Shown: piece after piece, positions 21,301-34,121 of the stretch | Layout: each line of letters opens with the position of its first letter | How positions within the stretch are numbered: position 1 is the stretch's first letter | Source: Podarcis muralis | Taxonomy: Eukaryota | NCBI RefSeq assembly: GCF_964188315.1 | Contig: NC_135656.1 | Location: forward strand, 107,012,001 to 107,076,000 | Direction of reading: 5' to 3' | Length of the DNA stretch: 64,000 nt | Notes under the pieces: model-generated | Told to the model about the DNA's origin: nothing | The model's input: only the letters and a program-made list of their open reading frames with translations | Database searches by the model: none | Made by a program: the position numbers and the translations under genes

Positions 21301-24300
21301 TTCCGAAGCCTGGCGGCGGGAGGAGGTCTCTCCACCCCACTGCCAGCCTTCGGAGGAGGTCCGAGGACAGTGGGGAAGACGCGCTGCGCTTCCCCGCTGT
21401 CCCGGAGATTTCGCTATGGGCTTTCGTCTTGCGAAGGAAGCCCATAGGGAAATTCGTTTTGCGAAGCGCCTCCAAAACAGAAAACCCTTTCGTCTAGCGG
21501 GTTTTCCGTCTTGCGAGGCGTTCGTCTTGCGGGGCACCACTGTAGTAGTATAGCTTAACTGAAGGTATCAGATAAGATAGTGGGACAAGGTTGGAAATAC
21601 GTGGATTGCAAAACAGAAGGAAGTAATGTTCTTGTCCAGGTCAGTAATAGCAAAGAAGTGGGTGAAAAGGTTATTGTCAAGAGAATGGTGGTGGGTTTGG
21701 GAATGAATCAGAAAGAGATGACCCCAAGCTGGGAGTGTGCATTCTATTCTCACAGTGACCAACAGATGCCTTTGGGAAGCACTGGGGGGGAAATGTCCAC
21801 CCTACTGACCTTTGCATTAGGTTACACCTCCGGCTTGTTATGGTGGAATGAATTAGCCCTGATGAAACTAAGCACAACTGGCTCTTTCCCCCTGTTTCCC
21901 TGGGGATGGAATCACAACAGCACACTGAATTCGGTCTCTCTTGTCCTCTGGTCTTTGCAGAAACGTGTGGGAAGCCTCAGGAATCAAGCTGCGGGAAAGT
22001 GGGAACTGCTAGATGCGTGTGAAGAGATCATGAAGTCAATCGACAAAATAGCCAGCGAATTCTCAGAGCGCAGTTCTCATCTTGCCAAGCTGATTAAAGA
22101 GGCAGAGGAGATGTGTCTGAAGTCTGCCTTTGAACTCCTGCAGGTGAGATTATACTAGAAGATGTGAAAGCCCAGGGAAATTTGGGCTGGGTGGACATTC
22201 CTCTCTTCTTTTTTTGTTGTTGTTCCCCTCTCCAACAAAAAAAAAAGGGAAAATTTAAAAAGGTTGGTCTATGACGTGAAAAGGGTACAGCAGATTTGTT
22301 TCAGTCCAGACAAACCTTCGTTTTTTTAGAAGTCATTATAAATGTGATGGCAAATATGAGGCAGAAACTGATAGCAATATCACAGAAATATGAGGCTTTT
22401 GTGTTCTCGCACACACACCCCTTTTTGACACTGGAGGAGCTGTAGGGTGGTAGTCAGTGCTAATCCTACTCAAAGTAGACCCACTGGAATTAATGAACAT
22501 GGTCAACTTAGGTTCGTTAATTTCAATGGGTCTACTCTGGGTAGATGCTATTTGAATACAACCCGTAATAATGGTCTTATTTTTTACTGTAGTGTTGATG
22601 GTCTGACCTGTTTTCATTGTTCCGTCTTGAAAGGAAGGTGGGCTGTAAATATGCAAAATGCACTAAGAGTTAGTACTTGATGAAATGTAATAAACTTTGA
22701 AAAGTGGGGCTGATCAATTTATCTTTCCCCCCAGGCTATGGATCCCTTGCTGAGCAGGTAAGCCCCTGTTTCAAGAATCCTAGAATTGGAAAGGATCATC
22801 TTAGTCCCACCCCCTGCAATGCAGGAATATGCAACTGTCCCATATGGGGATCGAACCTGCAACCTTGGGGTTATATCAGCACCCTGCTCTGACCAACTAA
22901 GCTATTTTTCAAGATTGGGACAGTCCTGCCATTAGGCAGATTAAGGCCGCCATCTCAGGCAGCTGATTATGCCATGAAAGCGAAGGAATTGCTAGTTTAC
23001 TTAACAGGAAAGGAATCGGGGAGCAATACAGGGCAGTGCTTTTTTTTAAATCATATGTTCTTCCAGGTGCAACACAGAAAAATATGGGAAACCCAAAGCT
23101 GATCTGAATAAAAAAGTTGAGTGGCTTAATGAAAAACTACAGCTGGTGCAGACCAAGTTGTGTGAGCTTTCAGGTAACAGATTATGTTTTAACTAGGATA
23201 ATAACAATCACATGAGTCTGTCAGGCTCACCCCCCAAAAGAGACAGAAGTTGCCAGTGCAGAGTTATATATATGGGAGTCCTTCCTCATCTCACATAGTG
23301 CATATCAATACCTCAGGTTACAAACACTTCAGGTTACAGACTCTGCTAACCAGGAAGTAGTACCTCGGGTTAAGAACTTTACCTCAGGATGAGAACAGAA
23401 ATTGCGCACCAGCAGCATGGTGGCAGTCCATTGGCTAAAGTGGTACCTCAGCTTAAGAACGAACCTCTGGAACGAATTAAGTACATAACCAGAGGTACCA
23501 CTGTATTGGCAGTTCACAAAGCCAAGTCTTGATCTGCGTCTGTGGTTAATCCTGAGGTAATTAGAGCAGATCCTTATAAAAAGTCTGTACAGTGGTACCT
23601 CGGGTTACATATGCTTCAGGTTACATACGTTTCAGGTTACACACTCCACTAGCCCAGAAATAGTGCTTCAGGTTAAGAACTTTGCTTCAGGATGAGAACA
23701 GAAATCGTGCTCCGGCGGCGCGGCAGCAGCAGGAGGCCCCATTAGCTAAAGTGGTGTTTCAGGTTAAGAACAGTTTCAGGTTAAGTACGGACCTCCAGAA
23801 CGAATTAAGTACTTAACCCGTGGCACCACTGTAGAATTATTCGGAGTACTGGGTCACAGTAACAAGACAGCTTAACCAAAGCTACTACTCAGTATTGGGA
23901 GACTCAAACTTTCTTTCTGAGACTGCTTTCCCTCATAGGGAACGAGGCAGTAAATATTAAACAAGTATCCCCTTAACTCCCAGCATGACCAGCTAAAGTC
24001 TTACCTGCACGATTGGGACCACAGTTAAATATTGCAGCCTTTCTGGTTTCTCCCTCCAAAAATGAAGAGCATTCACACACACACACACACACACGCACGT
24101 ACGTATATAGAGTACACATCCAGTGTGAACTGTACATGGTATCTGAAACTTTGTTGAGTTTCCCTTCCACCTTTCTCTCCCCAGCACCTCCAAAACTGGC
24201 CAGTCCGAGAGCAGGTGAGTTTGCATCCATGCCGGAATGGGAAAGAAGCATTTGGTCTAGAACCTTCCATGGGATATGAAATCTGGGCCCCAGTGGCTGG

Positions 24301-26658
24301 CGTGGTTGGGCACTGTTGCTGAGCAGCAGGTGACTGCATTCAGGCGGACAGAAATTGGGAGGTGCAGCCTCCCAGCCCTTTTGTTTGGCCTCATGTGCAC
24401 GTTCAGACATTCATGTTAGACTGAAATAACTGATCCGAGAGGAATGGGGTGACTCTTGTGTTTTTGAATCCAGGAGGCGTGCCACAGCAACTCAGTCAGC
24501 ACAGATGTATGTCTGTTTTTGTCTATCCAGCACCTCCTGCAGGTAAAAAATGGGAGAGCATGGGGATAAATATTTGGGTGGCCTGTGGCTGATGGGAATC
24601 TAGCAACATCCGGAAGGTTTGCCATCCCTGAGTTCCAAGCTATTCAGCAAAATGAGACGGTCTCCTCACTTGGCCCATCCTTTGACAAACTGCCTGCTGT
24701 ACTACTAAATCTGAGCAGTTAACCCATTGACCTACATACGAGTAATGTACATTCTTGCCCTGAACGTAACTCTTCTCCTCATTTATTTCTCCTCTTTTTC
24801 TTTCACCAGAACCTAGGGATCTTTCCCTGACAGTTGACGGTAGTTTTTGACGATAAGTTTGTGGGTCTAACAACACTGGGTCATCAAATGGGGCGAAATA
24901 AACGAATGCATGCCATGCCTCTCCTGCCCCCTGGAAGAAAGGCAAAGACACAGCAGTTGTTCATCTGACAGTTAGCCTTAAGAACATGATTCATGCATTA
25001 GTCAGTAATTATTGTGAATGATTCTTGCAGTTTAATTAGCAACAAAAGTTCATTGGTGCATGATTAAACAGGCTGTAAGATCTCTTTGGGACGCGGGTGG
25101 CGCTGTGGGTTAAACCACAGAGCCTAGGACTTGCTGATCAGAAGGTCGGCGGTTCAAATCCCCACGACGGGGTGAGCTCCCGTTGCTCGGTCCCTGCTCC
25201 TGCCCACCTAGCAGTTCGAAAGCATTTCAAAGTGCAAGTAGATAAATAAGTACTGCTCCGGCGGGAAGGTAAACGGCGTTTCCATGCGCTGCTCTGGTTT
25301 GCCAGAAGCGGCTTAGTCATGCTGGCCACATGACCTGGAAGCTGTACACCGGCTCCCTCGGCCAGTAAAGCGAGATGAGCGCCGCACCCCAGAGTCGGTC
25401 ACGACTGCACCTAATGGTCAGGGGTCCCTTTACCTTTAAGATCTCTTCTGTTAGCCTTACAGCAGACGTTTTACCCTGTTCTCTTTTCTCCTCCTAGACT
25501 ATTATACTCCTAAGAAGGGGAAATCAAAATGGATAAGAGGTAAGCTGCTATTTCTGGAGAGCAAAAGCAGCCCAGATGTTGGAGAGTTTCATCATTTGAT
25601 CTCCTGACGTTTCTCTCTTGAGAGAAAAGTTGCTGCAGGGGGAGATTAAACTGGACTGAGGCCCTGGCAGCAGTGCTGGGGGGCGGAGGAAGCGAGATAG
25701 TCCCTGCCCTATCATTCCAGTCTAAACCAACCCCACCCCCAGCAAGTAAATAGCTTAAGGGGGACATAAATTGGGGGAAATGCTGTTGTGGAAAAGGTTA
25801 CATTAACCATTTTCCAGCTCAAGGGCCACATTCTCTTCTAAACAGCCTTCCAAGGGCCACATGCCATGTTGTGGGAGGCCAGAGGCAGAAGTGGGTGAAG
25901 CAGCGAGTGTAAATTTCTGTACACACAGCCTCCAGCTTGCAACGCTCACCCTCCATGTGCCCCTGTATTCTTGCCATGCAAATTTGGTTGTATGAATTGG
26001 CCTACTTTGGTTCTGCGTTCCTCTCCGCCTACAGAATATGTGCAATTTGCGAGCACTACCTTACGGAGGTAACCGATTCTGTTAAGTGTTCGTCTTGTTT
26101 GCTTTGTTTTACCACCCGTCTTCCTGTTGTGTTTCAGAAAACGTGGTGTTTGATCCGGAAACAGCCCATCCCCGCTATATTGTGTCTCCAGATGGAAAAG
26201 CATTATGGTGGGGAAATGTCCGTCAGGACTACCCCTACAGTTCAATTCGGTTTGAATACACCCGCTGTGTACTTGGAATGTGGGGATTCAGCTCCGGGAA
26301 ACATTATTGGACGGTGGATGTCCAAAATGTCAACCATTGGGCTGTGGGCGTAGCCAGAGGGTCTGTGGAGAGGGATAGGGAAATTAATTTTGAACCCTAT
26401 GAAGGGATCTGGGCAGTGGGCTTTAGCCGCCATGATCAGTTCAAAGCTCTGACTTCACCTCCTACCTATTTGGACCCAGAAGAGGGCCCAGCACAAATCC
26501 AAGTTTCTTTGAACTATGACGCAGGGAAAGTGTCTTTTTATGATGCTGAAGATAACACCTGCCTCTTCATTTTCGACTCAATTGATTTTGATGGGGAGGA
26601 AGTTTTTCCCTTTTTCCGGATTGTCGATTCATCAGCTTGCCTCCAGCTGTGCTATTAA
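18345..26658 (+). CDS. TRIM-B: RING/B-box2/coiled-coil/PRY-SPRY E3 ligase, 471 aa (481 with an optional exon)
   Basis: Exons 18345-18788, 19768-19863 (96), 21961-22143 (183), 22735-22757 (23), 23067-23173, optional 24810-24839, 25498-25539, 26138-26658. All GT-AG and in frame. Intact C3HC4 RING and B-box. Confidence 0.92.
18854..18990. mobile_element. Palindromic hAT-type MITE
   Basis: caggcataggcaa..ttgcctatgcctg; relatives at 27634-27769 and about 51100-51230. Confidence 0.8.
19082..19614. repeat. Long inverted repeat made of two Bov-B 3' ends plus flank (258-bp arms, 17-bp loop)
   Basis: Arms 19082-19339 and 19357-19614, no indel, about 6 mismatches counted by eye. Confidence 0.92.
21090..21542 (-). 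mobile_element. Tigger-like MITE remnant with internal tandem hairpins
   Basis: One TIR (gtcttgcggggcaccactg|TA); 60-bp tandem units, each a 15-19 bp perfect stem. Confidence 0.6.
22770..22905 (-). mobile_element. tRNA-head / CR1-tail SINE
   Basis: Minus strand tagcttagttggtcagagc..caggttcgatcccc, followed by a CR1-like tail. Confidence 0.65.
23300..23503. mobile_element. Tigger-like MITE (degraded)
   Basis: Homolog of 9708-9933; right TIR gaggtaccactg|TA. Confidence 0.7.
23590..23831. mobile_element. Tigger-like MITE
   Basis: TA|cagtggtacctcgggtta..taacccgtggcaccactg|TA. Confidence 0.88.
25088..25437 (+). mobile_element. Sauria SINE inserted after the TRIM 3'-block duplication
   Basis: TSD taagatctctt; empty site in TRIM-A near 10820. 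Confidence 0.92.
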
Positions 26659-27236
26659 AGCACATGGTCCTTGGCCTGTGCTTTGCCTTTCCTGGGTTCT
26701 CGGACGAGTCCAGGTGTTAGTTCCAAAGAGCAGCAGATATCCCTTTGGAAGTCTGTACAGGCTGCAATTTCCATCCCATGCTGCTGTCCCACATTCCCCT
26801 TCAACAAAGGACCATGGTGTTTTGGCTTGACTGTGCAGATGATTGCTTTATAATCCAGTACAGAAAAGGAGCACTACAGTATTGCAAATAATGTTACTTT
26901 AATTTTGCACCCTCTCGGTGGTGCCAGTGGGGGATTTCCTCCCACTGCAAATAGCGGCTTCAGAGGAGGGATTATACTTGGGACCAAAGCAAAGGGTTAA
27001 ATTCCCCACCACTTTTGGGGGGATTCGAATAATCATTAGCTTCTCCTCTCAGTATTTTGCAGTTTTGCAAACCTGCATTTTAATGCTAAATAAACCAAAT
27101 ATTGTCTATTTTTGACCCTTAATCTTCCCATATATTAACTCTGCTATTTGTTAGCATAGAACTGTAGCTTTTTACTTTTAATGAACTTATGATTTGCTGT
27201 CGCCGTTGCAGTCTTTAATCATTTCATTAATCTTTC

Positions 27237-27242
27237 AATAAA
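27237..27242 (+). terminator. Candidate poly(A) signal of TRIM-B
   Basis: AATAAA homologous to 14067-14072. Confidence 0.55.
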
Positions 27243-27633
27243 GTTTTTTTTAAAAAAAATCCTTTTAACCTTTGTTTTGACTCAACTAATATTTATGCTC
27301 CACTTCTGTTATGATAATTTTAGTTTATTCTATTGCTTTTCTTAAAAGATTCAAGGCATCCTAAAAACTTTTTTTAAAGTACCATACTGAACAAAAATGA
27401 TGAAGATAATGTTCATAGTATAAGAATTATTTTTTAAAAACCCACCATCCCAGCAAAATAACAAAACTAGGCTCACCAATTAACCAGGCCTATGTTAAAA
27501 ACCTTCCCATCCTATCCCCTGAAATGCCTGTGAGTAAAGGAACATTTTAACATTCCACAATGTTGGTTCCAATATTTCATTTTAAGATACATGTGTTTGA
27601 GGTGGAGTATTGTTTGGGGTTAGCCCAGGCCCA

Positions 27634-27769
27634 CAGGCATAGGCAAACTTGGCCCGCCAGATGTTTTGGGACTACAATTCCCATCATCCCTGACCACTGG
27701 TCCTGCTAGCTAGGGATGATGGGAGTTGTAGTCCCAAAACAACTGGCGGGCCGAGTTTGCCTATGCCTG
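27634..27769. mobile_element. Palindromic hAT-type MITE
   Basis: Same family as 18854-18990; absent from the TRIM-A homologous flank. Confidence 0.8.
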
Positions 27770-29324
27770 GCCCAGGGTCCTGACCCCCAGGTATTTTATA
27801 TGAGGCTCCAATCTCCTGTCCCTCCCTCTCGCTTTAAAATAATAATAATATTATTATTTTGAATATTGGGCAGTTGAGCATGCTGCAAAATGCAATCCGG
27901 GTTAGATCCATGCTGGAAATGGAAGAGTGCTGTGAAACTTCTAGTGGAGTATTATATATCTTTTAGGCCAATCGAAAATCCTGACACTATTTTGTATTAT
28001 TTTAAGCATCTTATGTATATTACTTTCAATGTATTGTTACACATCACCTGAATCTGTGTGAGTGGTGCGTAATTCATGGGGCTGCAGGCACGCTAACCAG
28101 GATCTGCCCAGGGATGGACTTTAGTAATATGAGCAAGAATAAAATTCAATGCCACCCACTAAGTATTACTTATTTTCACAGTAGTTCCTTATTATTGTTT
28201 TTGCAACCCTTTGGCTTGGTGTCCTGTGCGGGGGAACCACCCACACCTCCCTAAATCCTGTGTTCCCTTTTGTGGCAATCAGGCACATGTTCATTCATTC
28301 ATTCATTCATAGAAACAACAGCTTGTGTATATTAATCTCTGTGAGATTTCTAGAAACTGCGAGAAGCTAGGTTGTTTACAATAGAGAAGGGGCTGATTCA
28401 TATGTGCCCAGCGAGGGGATCTAGGCCATCTCCTTTAATGGTGGCGATTACTGAGTGCACAACTCCACTAAGACTTTTCTGCCCATGAGCTTTGACCCTA
28501 GAGCAGTGGTGTCCTAACTTTTTTCAAAGAAGGCCAAAATTGATGAAGTGAAGGGCCATGAGGACTGATCAAAGGGCCAACCAAAGTTGTTGACCTTTTC
28601 ATAGGATTTAAGTTGTTGAGTTTTTTTTAGGATAATACCCCAGGAAATAAACTGCCACAAGAGCCGGATTAAACCGACTAGCGGGCCAGATTAGGCCCCT
28701 GAAACGGGATCGCAGTGGGTCACTTCTTCATGGGGGGGGGGGGGCGTCCACACTTTCTTCAAGATCAGAAGCTCATCAACCCATCTCAGATTTCGCAGCC
28801 TAGCTTTGCGATGGCTAGAAGAATGTTTATGAGCCTGTTGCAGGGCACTTGTTCCTTAGCGTGCTTGCCCTCAATAGCTTTTGAGAAACCTTCATTGTTC
28901 AAGCCATGGCCAGTGGGACTTTCCTGCAAACCTGCAAGAGGAGATATTGGCAGCAATTCAGAGTAACGCTGAGCAAAAGAGCTAATCATCTCATCTAGTG
29001 GATTTCGGGCTCTCCAAAGATTCTGGCAACAGAACCATCTTCTAACCTATGACATACACCCCTTCCACACAAGTCCAGGTGCCCACACATTCTGAATGAC
29101 TCCAGTAGCCAGCCTTTAGTTTCTCAGCCACATGCAAAAGATCTGATGGTAGGCAGAAGGGTCAGCCTTCTGCTGCATGGCCATCTGTCATGGATGCTTT
29201 AGCTGAGATTCCTGCATTGCAGGGGGTTGGACTAGATGACCCGTGGGGTCCCCTCCAATTCTAAGATTCTATGGTTCTGCTTTACACCATGCTTTGAAGG
29301 TGCTCGGAAGCAAGGAGAGGGATT

Positions 29325-29658
29325 ATTATTATTATTAATTTATTATTTGTACCCTGCCCATCTGGCTGGGTTTCCCCAGCCACTCTGGGTGGCTCCCAAC
29401 AAAGATTAAAAATACATTAAAATGTCACACATTAAAAGCTTCCCTAAACAGGGCTGCCTTCAGATTTCTTCTAATTGTCAGGTAGTTGTTTATCTCTTTG
29501 ACATATGATGGGAGGGCTTCCACAGGGTTGGTGCCACTACCGAGAAGGCCCTCTGCCTGGTTACCTGTAGCCTCACTTCTCGCAATGAAGGAACCACCAG
29601 AAGGCCTCAGCTCTGGACCTCTGTCCGGACAGAACGATGGGGGTGGAGACGCTCCTTC
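29325..29658 (-). mobile_element. L2-like LINE 3' fragment
   Basis: LWNALP-type C-terminus (NPVEALPSYVKEINNYLTIRRNLKAALFREAF) and (aat)n tail. Confidence 0.75.
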
Positions 29659-30287
29659 ATTATTATTTATGCAGCAGATTATTGCTGCTTTCAAGTACTG
29701 GCACGGCCCAGCATTGAAAGAGGCAGACTCCTTCCCTCCCGCTTCAGGAAAGCGGCCTCTCAACTCATCACACTGCTTTGCTGCTCTCCTAATTTTTTTT
29801 ATTTTTTATTTTAACTTTTATACAGCATTTACAGTATTTCTGCTCTCCTAGTACGGAGAGTATTCACGTCTCTGCAATCCTCTCAACCCGCTGAAGCGCT
29901 TGGCTGCCATTTTCCACAACTGAACAAGAAGCGTCAAGCCCCGCCCCGCTCTGCTTTCTCCACAGCCGCCTGGGCCTGTTAAGTCCTAAAGTCAGAGGGG
30001 CGCTTTTACGAAGTATTGCAGGGAATTGCCTAAAGTAAACTGCGTGACAGATTTTTAGGCAGACAGTTGTAGCTTTCACGCGCTGGAAATGTATGAGCAA
30101 AGGAATCGGCTAGGAACTGTATACACAGGGGAAACTTGCTAAATATCCCCAGCTCTCACCAAACATCGTATGGGTAAAAAAGCAATAAGCCACGAGCATC
30201 AATATTTCCATTGGAAAAACATTGGGGGAGGGTCGGATGAACAGAAAGCAGAGAGAAACACTATTTGTCCTTTCTTCTACAATATAA

Positions 30288-30971
<684 letters not shown>

Positions 30972-31028
30972 GGCCAAAAGGCCAAATAGTCCGGACCACG
31001 CCCGGCGACAAAATAATCCAGACCCAAA

Positions 31029-31044
31029 GGCTCTTTTCAGAGCC
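31029..31044 (+). terminator. Histone 3' stem-loop, copy 1
   Basis: GGCTCTTTTCAGAGCC with AAA/ACCCA flanks; ATTAAA at 31092-31097. Confidence 0.95.
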
Positions 31045-32028
31045 ACCCACAACGCTCAGAGAAGAACGGAAACACTGCCCCCCAAAATAATATTAAACCC
31101 CTGCGCTCGCTCGCACATTTCCCCCGTTGATTCGAAAACGCCTCCCTATCATTTACGCCTTAAAAACACCTTGAGGCTGCTGGTGGTCACAACCGGGGAG
31201 TCTACAATCATCCCTGCTTGCATTACAAACTTCAGTCCCGTGGGAATGGAAATCCACCTTTTTGTGCCCATGATAGCTATTTCCTGGCACCCACGGCAGC
31301 ACATCTATATAAGCACCGTGGCCAACAAGGACTCGATCCCCTGCCTGGTGAAGCAGAGATACAGCCTGCAGCCAATAATTCTAGCAGCTATTCGCCTTTT
31401 TCTCTTGTAAACCAATTTATACCAAAAGACACTGATTCTGCACTGCTCTCCACCTGCTACATAATGCTAGGACACTTGGGGATTTGCAAAAAGTTCTGAA
31501 TCGTATTTTTAAAAAGAAGTACCACCAGCAGCAATGCCAAAGCATTCAACACACCCAGCCCCTTTCCTAGGATGCTGAAACAGTGACAGCTTGGAGTGAA
31601 ACGGGGGGGGGGGGTATGGGGTGTAATAATTTTGAAAAACAATAAAATAATTGGCAAAAAGAGGGGATTGTGGGGAAATACAATATCAGTTCTGGTACAA
31701 AAAACACAGGTTGCGCAGGTGCAATATATTGCCCTGTTTCCCTCTCTCCAGTGTTTCGAATCAGCATCCTATGAGAACCCAATGATTCACCAAAGCAGAA
31801 CGGACAAACTCATCTCTATCTAAGACGGGACACATGTGTCTTATACTTGTCAGTGGTTTCATCTCTTCCTCACTCCTGTTGTTAAAACTTTATCCTTCCT
31901 CTGCAATATGGCTGGGTGACATCTCTAGCAAGCCATACTACAGAGGAATGGTAAAGTTTTCAAGTCCAATTCAGAGCCTTCAAATATATCTGGGCTCCAT
32001 ATCTCAGCAGTATGAAGAATGAAAAGAT

Positions 32029-32353
32029 CATGGGTGGGCAAACTAAGACCCAGGGGCCGAATCCGGCCCAATCGCCTTCTCAATCCGGCCCGCGGAAGGT
32101 CCGGGAATCAGCGTGTTTTTTACATGAGTAGAATGTATGTTTTTATTTAAAATGCATCTCTGGGTTATCTGTGAGGCCTGCCTGGTCTTTTTACATGAGT
32201 AGAATGTATGATTTTATTTAAAATGCATCTCTGGGTTATTTGTGGGGCATAGGAATTCGTTCATTCCCCCCCCCCGCCAATATAACCCGGTCCCCCACAA
32301 GGTCTAAGGGACAGTGGACCCGCCCCCCTGCTGAATAAGTTTGCTGACCCCTG
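32029..32353 (-). mobile_element. hAT-type MITE
   Basis: catgggtgggcaaac..gtttgctgacccctg; absent from the homologous flank of H2A copy 3 near 39300. Confidence 0.8.
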
Positions 32354-33571
32354 GGAAAGACTATCTCCCCAGCAAAAGCAACTGCCATGAAAGTGGTAAT
32401 CAAACTACTGGAACTGGCATCAAAAATGCCATTCTCCCTCCCCCGTAGTCCTGATAAACACGGATTCTGCTGAACTATGTCCCCAAGGGCAGAAAATTGA
32501 GATCTTATTTCAGAGCCCAGATCCCCTATCAAGACCCACTGCAATTTCACCTATCATTTTGACAGATTCACAGCGACACCCATAGCCCAGCGTCCACCCC
32601 GCGAAATTATTGCTACCTCTCAGTAATGCCTCCCTGAGGCAAACCCCTCACAGCACAGTGCACAGATAACTGAATCAAAATACATTTAGGTAATTAGAGA
32701 TCCATACTGCATGCACTTTCAATTTTCAAACAGCACTAGGGGTGGATGCACGCTAGTTGGATCCTTCGTCAGATTTGCTTGTGGAAGAACAGAGAAAATC
32801 CACATTAGAAGAAAGCCCAGGCTAGGAGCAGACTTGTGTAATACGGAGCCCAGAGCAAAGAAAAAAATAGGCTTCCTATTTATTTGGTGCCCTCCTCCCA
32901 TCACTTTCCGTTATGTGTACGCTCTCAAGTGCATTACATAATAGTTGTGGCTACTCCATATCCGTTATGATTGGGGCCTAATTTTAAGTAGATACTTGTA
33001 TAAATATAGGGATTTACCGGTATATAGCAATCCGTTTTAATGCTAGTTCCACATCTCCCAGATGTAGCATTCTGTAGCAGGTGGAAAACAGAGCAGAGCA
33101 CTGGAGCCAGCGTCTTTTTGTGCATGTTGGAATACAAAATAAAAAGTTGGAAAGCTACTAAGTATTCCTGGCTACAGGCTGCAACTGCAAATTTAGGGGA
33201 TCAGGTTGCTGCTTAGTCCCCGGTTGGGGTTACGCAGTGCTTTTCACAGTACATGGGGTCCTAGTGCTCATACTGTATTGTGGATGGCAGCAGAAAATAG
33301 TTGTTTATTGGCTCAACAAGCTGTCATAATCATGTGCAAGTGGGCAGCCAGATGAAAAGGTCGATTTCCATGGGACTGAAGTTTGTAAAGCAAGCAGGGA
33401 TGTGTATGTAGACTTCCCACTTGCGACCTCCAGCAGCCTCAAGGCGTTTTTAAGAAAGGCGTAAACTGATAGGGAGGCGTTTTCGAAGCAATGGGGGAAG
33501 TGTGCGAGCGAGCGCAGGTTTAATATTATTTTGGGGGGCAGTGTTTCCGTTCTTCTCTGAGCGTTGTGGGT

Positions 33572-33587
33572 GGCTCTGAAAAGAGCC
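33572..33587 (-). terminator. Histone 3' stem-loop, copy 2
   Basis: Plus strand GGCTCTGAAAAGAGCC; minus-strand ATTAAA at 33519-33524. Confidence 0.95.
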
Positions 33588-33644
33588 TTTGGGTCTGGAT
33601 TATTTTTTCGCCGGGCGTGGTCCGGGCAATTTGGCCTTTTGGCC

Positions 33645-34121
33645 TCACTGGACCGCAACGGGCGCGGTGCTGGGCTTGAGGGGCGCCTTGGTGCCTTTGG
33701 CGGCCTTGGTGACGGGCTTGGGCGCGGCCTTGGCGGCAGCCGCGCTGTGCAAAGCTTCGGTCTTCTTGGGCAGCAAGACGGCGTGGATGTTGGGCAGGAC
33801 TCCACCCTGCGCAATGGTCACACCGCCCAGCAACTTGTTCAGCTCCTCATCGTTGCGCACCGCCAGCTGCAAGTGGCGCGGGATGATGCGGCTCTTCTTG
33901 TTGTCCCTGGCTGCGTTGCCGGCCAGCTCCAGGATCTCGGCGCTGAGGTACTCGAGCACCGCGGCCAAGTAAACGGGCGCTCCGCCGCCGATGCGCTCGG
34001 CGTAGTTTCCCTTGCGCAGGAGCCGATGGACTCTGCCCACGGGAAACTGCAGCCCGGCTCTGGAAGAGCGGGACTTGGCCTTGGCTCGTGCCTTCCCGTC
34101 TGTCTTGCCACGACCTGACAT
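33645..34121 (-). CDS. H2A: Histone H2A long-tail variant, copy 2 (158 aa, G8D)
   Basis: Same protein as copy 1 except [10 protein letters not shown]; several synonymous differences. Confidence 0.93.
   Translation of the reverse strand: MSGRGKTDGKARAKAKSRSSRAGLQFPVGRVHRLLRKGNYAERIGGGAPVYLAAVLEYLSAEILELAGNAARDNKKSRIIPRHLQLAVRNDEELNKLLGGVTIAQGGVLPNIHAVLLPKKTEALHSAAAAKAAPKPVTKAAKGTKAPLKPSTAPVAVQ

Noticed and set aside
21156-21380. CRISPR-like array of palindromic repeats
   Set aside because: Vertebrate intron, no unique spacers, no cas genes, and it lies inside a MITE with a TA-flanked TIR
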